Below, one piece after another: positions 1 to 11,192 of a stretch of DNA of 64,000 bases. A program made the translations under genes and the position numbers. The notes under the pieces were generated by a model. The model worked only from the letters and a program-made list of their open reading frames with translations, did no database searches and was not told the DNA's origin. Origin of the DNA: Paraspadella gotoi (Eukaryota > Animalia > Chaetognatha); assembly GCA_051294375.1 (NCBI GenBank), contig CM119269.1:2269601-2333600 (forward strand), given 5' to 3'. Position 1 is the stretch's first letter. Every line of letters starts with the position of its first letter.

Positions 1-1620
1 ATATAAGTTGCGAGCCCGCGAACGCCCATAGCCTGAGGCCGCTGCTCCCCGACGAGAAGGTATATCAAAAAAACGAACGCAATTTTAAAACAACCTACAG
101 ACATTTAAAAAAACTGACATTCGGGCTTTTCAAACATTCAAAAAGTAAAATGTCCAGAAAACGTCCTCTTCTCGCCCAATTCTCGTTTTGGTTTCATTTT
201 TCCATTGGTTTTCCGTCCGCCCATTTAATGATCCTTGAAGTAAAGAATAGAAAAATATGAGTTAATAAAATAAACCAAAGTATTTAAACCATGCTATCAC
301 GAGAAACCTCACTGTAAGTAGCTAATGCAATGTGAAACAAGGAAAAGCTCTGGGCATGCAATTTACCTTAATCAGACTCAATTGAGGGTTTACCCGCAAC
401 CCACTTGATTAACCTTTCGAACATTAAAAAAATGTTAAAACGATTAAAAAGTGCATTTTGCTCGATATGGAATATAAAAAAAAAACAGAGCTTGTTAAAG
501 TATCTATAAGTAAACTGTAAATTGTAATACAAATCATATTATAATTTTAAAATAGTTATTTATAATTAACCAATAACCATACGGGATGCTGAATGTTGTG
601 TTAAGCAATTGAATCACATTTTTTTGGTAAATCGTGACCCTTGTGACCACTTTAAGACTGCTAAAGCCATCTCACCTGCAAGATTGGCCAGTATTTTTAA
701 GCATTGCTTCTTGCTTTTGGGCGCCCACACATTTCCTTAAAACCTACAACCAAGTCGAGCGTTATTCAAGTCTCGATTTACAGACAAAATTTTGTGAATA
801 AGCATCATTCTTACCGACGCAGCTATGTTGGAGTACCTCACGTACGTAACGCCTGCCGCTCGCCAACCGGACATTTTGCGGCCGGTTCTTTAGTGAAAGT
901 ATCAAATATCTGCGAGATTATATAAGAATTGCATCACCGAAAAAACATTTGGGCCACAATGTGATAAAAAAAGTAACTATGGCGATTGTATACTTAATTG
1001 TTGAAAAACCACTAGGGTCTAAGTGTCAACAATACGATGAAATGCATGAATTAAACTTAATTACAAAAGAGTCAACAAATTTTAAATTGAAGGAGTTCAA
1101 AAACTGATCGCTTTTCCAAGGATCGAGGAAAAAAATACTTTCGACACATTACATCTACAACAAAGAATCTAGTACATCTACCTCTAGGGTAATCAAGATC
1201 ATGAAACCTCGGTTATCTTAATAATTTTAGATGACTAGAGTTCGAAATATGTCGGTCTCAAAAAAAGGAATCATGATTTGGTACAAAATTGTTAAAATGC
1301 AAAACACCAAAAATTATGAAAAAATTGAGTACGTATTGATTTTGAGACTCGTATACAAATTTAATGAAATACCATGCAACTGGAAGTTTTACAAACTTAG
1401 TCTAAGTCACAAGAAGTGTTGAAAACGAAAACGAAGTTTACATTTCTTAATGTAATTAAACGATGTATTAAACTAAAAAGCTTCTTAAAAACTACGTAAT
1501 TAAAAGGTTTGTTTTCCAAAACATCAACAATGAAACAGGGGGTAGACGGGGAGGAACATTCGACTCCTTTCCTCGTTAGGAATTGAAGCCAGTCCGATTA
1601 GTTCACCAAACTGTGTTCGT

Positions 1621-3487
1621 TCAAGCCTTGACTGGCGCCCTCTTCCTCACTTCCTCGGCTTTGTCGTCGCCAGCGACGACAACCTCCCCATCGGCCGGGG
1701 TCTCTTCCTCTTCAGAGGCGGAGGCGTTTCGCGCCTTGGTGCGGCGTTCGTAGATGAAGATGCAAGTGCAAAGAATGATGACCTAAGCACAATTTTTTTG
1801 GTTCATTGCTATTTTTAAGTAAATTTTTACATTTTCTGTAAAAAAAATTTAAAAAATTAAAGGTTTAAAGTAAGGGGTGATTAGGGGTAGTTAGGGTTTA
1901 AAGGGTTTCGGGTTAGGGTAATTAGGTAATATTTTTTTAAAAAATAAATATTTTTAAATAGTTTTTCAAAAGCCGGAAAAAGGATATTGTGAAAAAAATA
2001 CGGAAAACAACTATTTCTGGACGTCTACCAACCAAGCCGAAACAAAAGCAATAGCTACCTCAGCGCAGATTCCGAGAAAAGGCCAGAGAGCGGCGAGTTT
2101 TCCCTTAACGCGTAGAAGGATGCCGCGCTTAGAAATTCCGTTCGCTGATTTCACTTCGCAGGTGTAGTTCGCTCTAGAAATTAAATCAAAAAATAATAAG
2201 CATCAAAAAAAAATTGGCGAAGAAAACGTGTTGCGCCGCATGATCTTTCTTTCTACGTGGTCCCATCCCGTAGTTGATCAAACGCATAAGCAAGACTTAA
2301 GTATTAATCAAAATGAATCAGTATTAGGCGATATATTCACCTATAAACATAAGAGGGACAGACCGACGGACAAACAGTGCAAACATTCCACAGACAGACT
2401 CCAGAGCGTCTTATAAGTTGCTTTGCGAGTATTCGCGGCGTAACTAAAAAGTAGGAAAGAAAAACCTGACTCACCTGTCGGACATCTGAATTCCATTTTC
2501 GTCGGTCAGTTTCAGTTTGGAGCTGAACTCAAAACCCTCCGGTTCTTCGCTTTCGGTTTCCCATCTTAAAACGAAACCAAAAGTGTTTCAACCTCACCCT
2601 ATGAAATTAACTCTTAGCGCGCCTACCTGTCGGTAAGATTGGGCTTATCTATTGGGCCTACCTGTCGGTAAGATTGGGCTTATCGGCGCCTTCCACAGCG
2701 ATTACGTCCCAGACGATATCGGGTTTGTCTGAGCCGAAGTAAAAGGCCTTGCAAAGTAGCGTCACCTTTTCTTCTTCCATGACGGCTAAGGAGGCACGAA
2801 GTCTTGTATCGTCCGACGATTTTCCCAAGTGGGATACATACGGTTTTCCTGGGACAAGAGAATTTGCCACTTGGAAAATTTCATCCGGCAGTCTTTTGTG
2901 GGCGGGGTCGACTTACCAACAACGAGCCATTCGTTGGCACCGCACGACCAGTTACCCATGTAGTTTTGAAACGGAGACCCTTCCGTTAATTGGATGAACA
3001 GTTGGAATTTTCCGTCAATTTCGGTTATATTCAGAGTTTCCAGATGTTCCTGAAGAAAGGGCGATGTTTAATAATAAGTCCATTGATTAAATAGACCAAG
3101 TTAAATAATAAAATTAATGCCTGAATGTCTAATATTTCGCCATCGTATCGAACGTGCTTAAAGTCGTTGGTATCGCACTTCAACGGACCCCATTGCATTT
3201 TGCCTTCGTTTGGCTTAATTTCGACGGCGGCCTGGCATCTGTAGAGGAAAAAGATCGATAAACAATTACACTACATTAAATATTGCAAAAGCTCTCGGGT
3301 TCCAAAATGTACACCTTTCGTCGGAAATTTAAAAGAATCAACTAAGTTCGCTCATGCTATCATCTTCAACATTAACATACTATATAACGAATTTTGCGCT
3401 TCCAATGTACCTCAACGACATGAGAGCGACCAACGCGAGAAGGATAATCATTCTGAGTTTTGTTTTATTGCTGGACAAAGTAGTCAT
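1621..3487 (-). CDS. Bsg: Basigin/neuroplastin-family Ig-domain single-pass membrane protein (7 coding exons)
   Basis: Hand-spliced exons (approx.) 3487-3411, 3238-3121, 3049-~2915, ~2847-2662, ~2565-2475, ~2172-2058, ~1782-1621. They give signal peptide MTTLSSNKTKLRMIILLALVALMSLR, Ig-type segments (..GNWSCG.., VTLLCKAF..PDIVW, DRANYTCEV) and the basigin hallmark TM with charged Glu ([33 protein letters not shown]). An acidic tail ends VRKRAPVKA-TGA at 1621-1623. Confidence 0.9.
2350..2452 (-). mobile_element. DINE-1/HINE-like element copy in basigin intron
   Basis: Reverse complement of the 49500 element: GACAGACCGACGGAC...TTATAAGTTGCTTTGCGAGTATTCGCGGCGTAACTAAAAA. Confidence 0.55.
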
Positions 3488-3712
3488 CCTGAGAAATAGC
3501 CAAAAAGGCACCATAGGAAAAAAAATAATTAATAAATAATTATTTAGGGAATCAAATACTGAAGAAAAATTGAACAGTCAACAAGAATATCCGAATCAAC
3601 AAAACATAATTGAGGGTTCCTAACATCAAGATCAATTGAAGTGCGAGCCATGACGCAGTAAAAAATTTGTTGTCAATCTTAATTAATCAGTGAAGTCTTA
3701 GACCGAAAGGTT

Positions 3713-6260
3713 TTATGACAATATTGGGCGCATTTCCACGAAGGAAAAGTTGTAGATCTGCGGGGTTCCCCAATGATAGGCATCTTTGAAGACGGACCAA
3801 TCAAAGGCCCCTAGACCTGTCCCCTTGGTAGGGCCATTAATAGCGAAGGAGCGTCGCTCCAGCGCCATTTCAAGGTCGGACACTTTAGTGTCGTAGCAAC
3901 CGGACGGCGACGGATTGGTGGTATCCAAATCTCCACGTGAACAGATGGCACCCCATGGGCTTCCTGGATAAGCAAATAATAAATATTGAATTAAATCAAT
4001 GTTATCAAACGAATGAACCAGCACCGTAAACAGCATAAAAATCTTTCGCCCTGGAAAAGCGAAATGATAAGTTCCAAATGTTATAACTTTAGCCTTATGA
4101 CAAAACCCTGATCTTGCAAACAATTCTTATGGTCTAATAAAATTCTGATTTAAATAATATAATAACCAACCATTGGCGTAGGGGTCCCTTGTAAAATCAT
4201 TGTATCGCATGACATCCTTCATTGTCCGCATGTCCTTGACGTTGTCGGCGTCTCTTCGAAAGATTTCTGCCCGAGGTGCAAGTTGGTAGGAAAACTCTGA
4301 GCCATGTTTGCTGACAATTTCCTTGTAGCCGCTCTTGGAATATATCTCCTCGAAAAATGGAATGTTGTATGAAGGCCAGTAGCCCGTTCGGAGGATGTTG
4401 GTTACATCTCTGCCAACGACCAAACCGGGGATTTGCTCAACCACCCACAACGCTTCGTCCATAATCGATTGTTTGAGATTGATTCTCTTCAAATCCAAAA
4501 TCATGTACTGATTATTATAGGTGCCGGAGTTAAAGCGCTTAAAAGTTTGAAACCAATAGCTGCCGTTGGTAGCCAGATGATTGGACAGTCGGACTCGTTG
4601 CCAAGCAAGAAGACTTTGTGGCTTGACGAGGTTGTACAATGATTTGTTGAAAACGTTGTTTGTCGTCTATATATTGCAATAAAGTGGTATAAACAAATTT
4701 TTAAAATCGATTATCTCAAACCGCATGACTACATCAGTGCAGCCCCGAGGAAGAAGAGCGAGTATTTCTCTCTTCTAAACAAGCGACCTTGGATTCGCAT
4801 CCCATTGATGTCAATACTAGTAAGCGGACGGGACGACTAACCCTGTTACTCTCCTAGTTTGGCAGATCCGAAGTTCTGAAGCTAGCTCATATAACCGGCT
4901 ATAATTTGTTCTCTCTGTGTGGCACTAAAATAGTGTATAATAGGAATAAACTCATTTTACGTACCTGGATTAGTACCAGATTGCTACTCATAAGATAAAA
5001 GTCATCGAGTGACTCCAGAAAACCAGGGTAACTGGAGAAGGAGAGCGCTTTGGCACTAGTGGCAGGGTCTTTGCTGTTGAAGTCATAGTGTTTGTAAATG
5101 CGGTTGGTTGATGAATATACGAACCACGAACTGTGCGACATAAACAAGTTTTCATATCCTAAAAAAAATTATAGTAGAAGAAATTTAATTTTGCACCAAA
5201 ATTCCAACTATATTTATAACTATTATAACTATTACAAGATTTTTACCGGGAAGAACCTTTATAAGAGCAGAGCAAAAACTGCTCCGATGAATAAAGTCCC
5301 TCAGTTGTTGTTTAGACAAGGATATAAATTTGGGAATTTGTTCGGGGAAAAGTGCATGCTGAAGATCTAACATGTCGCCTACGCCATTCAAAACTTGAAA
5401 GTCAAACACTTCCAATTTCATAAGAGATTTGTCCTCGGCGTAAGCAGCCTTAAAAAATGAGCTATAATCACCCAATAATCAACACGAAATAAAGTTAAGA
5501 CCACTTACTTGGTATCCTTCTACGAGTCCATCAAATTGAGCAACTATATATTTAAGATGCCGCCAATAGGGATTATCGTCTCCATAAGCGGCGATCATTT
5601 TTCTCATCCACTTGTCTTGCATGTCGAAAAATATTTCTAAAAATATTCAAGCAAACAAATCGAGTCTTCCAGTATTGTATTTGTTTTTTTTTCTTTGCAA
5701 GACTTACTAGTTTTTTTAAGTTTCTTTTTGTCAAACTGTTTGCCAAAGAATGTATAGAACATATTACATCTCTGCTGTTGAATCCGCTTCGCTGTCAGAT
5801 GGCCTTCCAAGAACCTTTCAAGTTAAAAAGCTTTAAAGCGGCGATTGTTTTAAGAAAACGTTACTATACCTACCCTCCAGCACGGAACATAGTGGCCACG
5901 TCCATAGAGGATCTCGATCCGTAACCGACTCGAAATTCCAAAACCCCCCATCCTGTGGTCAGGAGTCTATCGTCAAAGAAACCATAGCCATCAGCATTCT
6001 CGTCGATTGTACGCCTTACGGAGAAGCCCGAGCCGTTTAAGTAAATAGATGCCGGGAAATATGTTTTTCCTAAATCATTAAAAAAAGTACGATTTCTGCG
6101 ACAGGTACGAATTCCAAGCTTATACGACCTTACCTTGGTTGTTCTTTTCGCGATCAAACTGGTGCAATTTGCAGGCAGACTCGGTAGCCAAAGATAAGCT
6201 CGTGTCCAGCAAGCTGACCATGACCATCGCGAAGACAGTCAGAAAGCTTAGTTTTCCCAT
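3713..6260 (-). CDS. PLBD1: Phospholipase B-like protein (PLBD1-type lysosomal Ntn-hydrolase), 8 coding exons
   Basis: ATG at 6260 with signal peptide [23 protein letters not shown]. Phase-consistent GT-AG exons encode [113 protein letters not shown] and GCYDTKV..AINGPT. The C-terminal GCYDTKV resembles PLBD1 more than PLBD2 (from recall). Confidence 0.9.
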
Positions 6261-7807
6261 ATTTTTTTTCTCAATACAGTACATATATTCAACTTCACCT
6301 TTACTGTTTGACCCATCGGCTTCTTACTTTTAGAGTACAAGCAGAGAGCCGACTTCGAGGTCGGATCGATGGAGTCGACATGAAGTGCCCTGCTCACATG
6401 ATAAACCTCGATTAGATATTGGATAATGAGATGAGAGAGAAGGGTATTTTACCCGCTGCCGGTTTGGATTTTCCGTCGGCGAACCATGGAAAACATCCTT
6501 TAACGAGCTAGGGGTCCACCAAATTTCTACAAGAATAATATTAGTAAAATACTTTATAATCCTCAAATTTGAAATAGTAAATGGTAAAAAAAATAGTAAA
6601 TAGTAAATAGAATGCAATGGCATAGGCAATGCACACAATTTCTTTTAAATACAAAAAAAAGAAAAGAAAATAATTAAAAGAGTTCTCGGTAGGATTGAAA
6701 ATATTATTCACTTATTATTTATTATGAATACAAAAAGAACCAAGCGATATATATGTGACAACCCATTCGAAAATTTTGCAATAGCCAACTGCCCAATGGG
6801 TTTTTTTTTTCTGCAAGAAATTATGAAAGACAACAATATTAAATGTTCGCGAGAATGAAATGTACAACAATTGTATACAGGAGTTTTATTATTCCATAAA
6901 ATAAGTATTAATATAAGTATCCAATGTGTATTCCAATGGGTATTCCAGTTTTTCATAAGTTCATTAAAGTTATTTAAATTTATTCTAAATTTATTCTAAA
7001 TTTATTCTTAATTTCTAAAATCTCAAACGACCAAAGGATAAAAAAGATATTTGGCGCTGCTAATAAACAAAAGATCCTGCGACTGAATTTTTTTCAATCA
7101 ATAAATGGGGCTCACCAGTCACCACTTATAAACCAGTTATTATAGAGGCAGTTGAGGCACATAAATACATATTTATTAGTAAAACGATCATTGACAATAC
7201 AGAGTCGGAGAGACTAAGAGAAAAGTACGGCAAGAGAGACCGAGTGGCCAACTGTAGTCAAAACCGTCGCGACGAAATCTCTCGCCGCCACATAATATAA
7301 ATTATAACTAAAACTTTTAGGATTATGTAAATCTAATTCTCAGTTTTATGCTCACGTTTACTTAAACCTCCTCAAGAATAATGCTGCATTATCGATAGTG
7401 AAAAATTAAATTGTCATTGACACTTTTTTTTATTTAATTGAGCACTAGAATTAGAAACTTCTCTGCTAAGCTCGATACCAATGATTAATGAATAAGAATT
7501 ATTTCCTAATTAATATCGCTGTGGATGCGCATTGGCTTTCGATTGTTTCATTGGTTCTGAGCTCTGAGCTAACTATTGTTAAAATTTGGATATTTACATT
7601 TACATGTACCTCATTTTGTTAATATTGTATTAATTGTTACTTGATACTTGAAACGCCTTCTAAAAGAAGATAACTAGAGATAGAATAATTAACTAGTAAA
7701 ACGAACCATCATTCGAAAAAGTAAAAACTTTGTAGATTAAATAATGTAATAGCGAAGCCGAAAGAGTCGATAAATTAAAAGAATTAATATAAAGTCTATG
7801 GGATTGT

Positions 7808-8419
7808 TTACTCGAAATACTTCGCAATCTTTTCTAATTGAACATTTTTAGTTTCTGGCAAGTAAAAATATGAAAGAACGAGTCCCACCAAGCATATGGC
7901 GGCATACAGCCAATAGCACCCGTAAGGGTTGAGAGTTTGCTGCATGGACTCGAAAGTGACGACTACGATGAAACGAGAAACGTTACTAATGATGAGGGAT
8001 GCGGCAGATCCGAAACCGCGAGCCTCCGGCTTAAAGATCTCAGACATGATCAGATTTGGGAGCGGTCCGAGACCGACAGAGAAGAAGGCCGCGTAACAGA
8101 GGAAAGCGACCAAGGCGACGTTCGGGTAAGGCGTCGACAGGTACTCGGTGACACCGGCGATGGTCAGCGCGATGCACATCCCGCCGGCAGAAACGAGCAG
8201 CAAAGGACGACGACCGAGACGATCGATTAATATCACTGAGAGAACGGTCGACGCGAGTTGAACGCAACCTGAAGACAAAGTGGAAGCTGAATTAATTTAA
8301 CTACGCGAAATATTCTCCACAAATAATTAATTCTCCACTGTGAAAAATAAAGTCGCCTACTGATTTACATACTGATATTTATTTATCTATGTAAAGATAA
8401 TAATATGTGTCGCCTACTG

Positions 8420-8452
<33 letters not shown>

Positions 8453-11192
8453 TGTGTCGCCTACTGATTTACATACTGATATTTATTTATCTATGTAAAG
8501 ATAATAATATGTGTCGCCTACTAATAATAATAATAATAATAATAATATGTGTCGCCTACTGATTTACATACTGATATTTATTTATCTATGTAAAGATAAT
8601 AATATGTGTCTTCGACATGGGTTCTTTCGACATGACATTGCGCACCGGGTTAAATCTCTGGGTAGGGTAGGGTCTGCTTCAAAGTTTACACGAACTCTTA
8701 GCCACTGAGTCTTTTTATCGTCGCAATCGCTTTGCGTTTGTGACGATCTCGTAACGCTTTTGCACATAAGTGGCGTCGTCGTTGTCGTTGTTGGCGTTCC
8801 AATTTATAGATCGCCTTTTTGAAGATTAAATTTGGGTATATGAAGCTGAAAATTTATATACAGCTTCTCATCATCGAGGTCCTTGAAATTGGGTGAGGAC
8901 GTTTATTAAATACGTTTTGTTTATGCTTATTAAAACAAACAAATTTGCTTTAATTTTATTTTTATGTCTCTTTCTCTCTCTTTTTTCTCTTTTAATTATA
9001 TGTAGCTCTCTCTCTCTCTTTTCCCCAGTTGCTGATTCCTTGGGCTCTGCAAGGGCTTTTTTTCTTTTTCTCTTTTCTCCTGCTGGTTCTGCTGATTCTC
9101 TCTCTCTCTCTCTCTGCGTTTTGATTTAAAAAAAAATTGAATTAGGATTGAACTCGTAAAATTAGGCATTGCATTCGTGCATGTTATCATTTCGTTCTTT
9201 CTTCTCGTCACTCTCTCTTTATTTTTATTTCTTTCTCTTTTATTCTTTCTTTCCTTTCTATTCTTTCTTTCCTTTCTATTCTTTTTTCCTTTCTATTCTT
9301 TCATTCCTTTCTATTCTTTCTTTCCTTTCTATTCTTTCTTTATATATATTCTTTTCTTCTTTTTCTATTTATTTTATTTTCTGTTTATAAAATAATTTTA
9401 TTTTCTCAAATTAGATTTTTTTTAGTATCAAAATTTGTCGTCATATCTGATTTTTCTTATGCGATTGCGACGATCCTTATGCTTTTAAGATTTTTTTTAA
9501 TTAGGGTCCAAAGTCCCTAATCAGTAATCTAGTCATCGAGATGTCTTGTTCCCATTCCCATTCAGCCCCTTGCCTAGAATGAGCGCGGCTAAGCTTTCGT
9601 TTTCAAAACCAGTCCTCACGAAGATTGTTTCGGCGTAGGAAAGCACGGCATTCATGCCGCAGAATTGCTTGAGGATGAGGATGCCGGCAATGAGCGCGAA
9701 AGTGCGCCCAAAGGCCCGGTCGAGTTGAAGGCCTTTCTCCGGCTTCGTCTCCGTTTCCAATTGCGAATTATCCACCACTTTCGGCGACGTAAACAAAACT
9801 GCTTCTATCTTTCCAATCTCCCTTTCGATGTCTTTGTCGCTAGGCGAAGAAAAGGTTTTAAAATAGGCAGTTGTTTCAAGGAAAGCTCATAATACCCACA
9901 AATGACCCGGTCGAAACTATTATTTAAAAATATTAATAAAAATTATGACTTACCTCATCTTTGACAACTTTCGTAATGAGTTGGATGCCATATTAGATTG
10001 ACCCCGAAGTAGGTACCAGCGTGGACTTTCAGGTAAATAAAGAAGAGCGATAGCTACGATTGTAGGGACGAAACTTGAGGCAACGGCCATCCATTGCCAT
10101 GACATTGATGTCATCCCCAAAGAGTAGATAATCACAAATCCAGTTGCCAATCCAACTCGATTAAGGCATCCACAAGCACCTCGAAGCTTATCTGGTGCTA
10201 TTTCTATAGGGGCCGCGAAGTTGTAATGATTTATAATAATTACGGGCTGGCAAATAAGCATCTACGCCTACGTACTGTATCTGAATTTAAAACATTCTTG
10301 TTTTTTTTTCATATTAGAATTTTACTTTTTTTAAAAACTTTTTAGTACTGATAATTATTTTGAAATTTGGACCGATTAGTATATTTTTCGATATCACCCA
10401 CCTGAAAGATAGGTCGGAACTATAGTGTCAGACATGCCAAATCCGATTCCCGTCAGAAGTCGCCCTATAATAAGGCAACTAAATCGCAATGTAGATATTT
10501 TTTTTGCATCCAACTTAGTGTCAAAAAAGTTATTTCAATAAAAAAATATCGTAAATAAATGAGTCGCTCTCCAATTCCATTTTAGGATAAACTTACTGTA
10601 TCGTAGTTTTCTTCACGAATCAGAGTAGCAAGTATAATAATGAGCCAACCGATTGTGCACGGGAGTGACATGAAAAGAAGGGTAAAGTGTCTTCCACGGC
10701 CTTGCATCATTGCACCTGACAGAGGCAATCACATCTTTAAAAACAATATTCGAATTATCAATTCAAAATTTTCTTAACTAGATTACTTACCTGCTACAAA
10801 TGATCCTGCCATACAGCCGAGATTCACGACTGAAGAAAACCAACTTCCTGGAAATTAAAAAAAAACATTTTTATTTAACATTTCACAGATTGAAAATCTT
10901 ATCCGAATTCTCACAGACATAAATTCATAATGAGTGTAACTTGCCTTCCATATCGGTCAAGGTTTCATCTTGTATCATCAAAGGCATTGCAGGCGAGGTA
11001 TACCTACAAGAAGAACTGTTTTGAATTACCAGTCGACGTACGAGACCCCCGGGTCCCCCGTTTATAGTTACCGTCTGGATTGCGCATATTACGACGGGAG
11101 GAATTTGCTTGATAAAATATCGAGCTATAGTCACTCCTCCGTCCGCTCGAAAAAGTTTCAGGGGACTTTCCAATGTCTGGGACTTTTTCCAT
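7808..11192 (-). CDS. MFS sugar porter, Tret1/GLUT8(SLC2A8)-like facilitated sugar transporter; 5' end unresolved
   Basis: Exons encode YTSPAMP, SWFSSVVNLG, GRGRHFTL, IIGRLLTGIGFG..VPTYLSEIAPDKLRG, LPESPRWYL, LKQFCGMNAVLSYAETIF, LIDRLGRRPLL, FSVGLGPLPNLIMSEIF and LPETKN, all sugar-porter signature motifs. Stop TAA at 7808. The ATG at 11192 is not in frame with the TM1 segment, so the start is uncertain. Confidence 0.88.
8351..8610. repeat. Tandem repeat, ~57-bp unit alternating with truncated (AAT)n-expanded units
   Basis: GTCGCCTACTGATTTACATACTGATATTTATTTATCTATGTAAAGATAATAATATGT occurs three times, interleaved with GTCGCCTACT(AAT)nATGT. Confidence 0.9.

Noticed and set aside
8351-8610. Repeat-spacer-like pattern resembling a CRISPR array
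   Set aside because: The spacers are not unique (identical units or AAT expansions), the context is a eukaryotic intron, and there are no cas genes.
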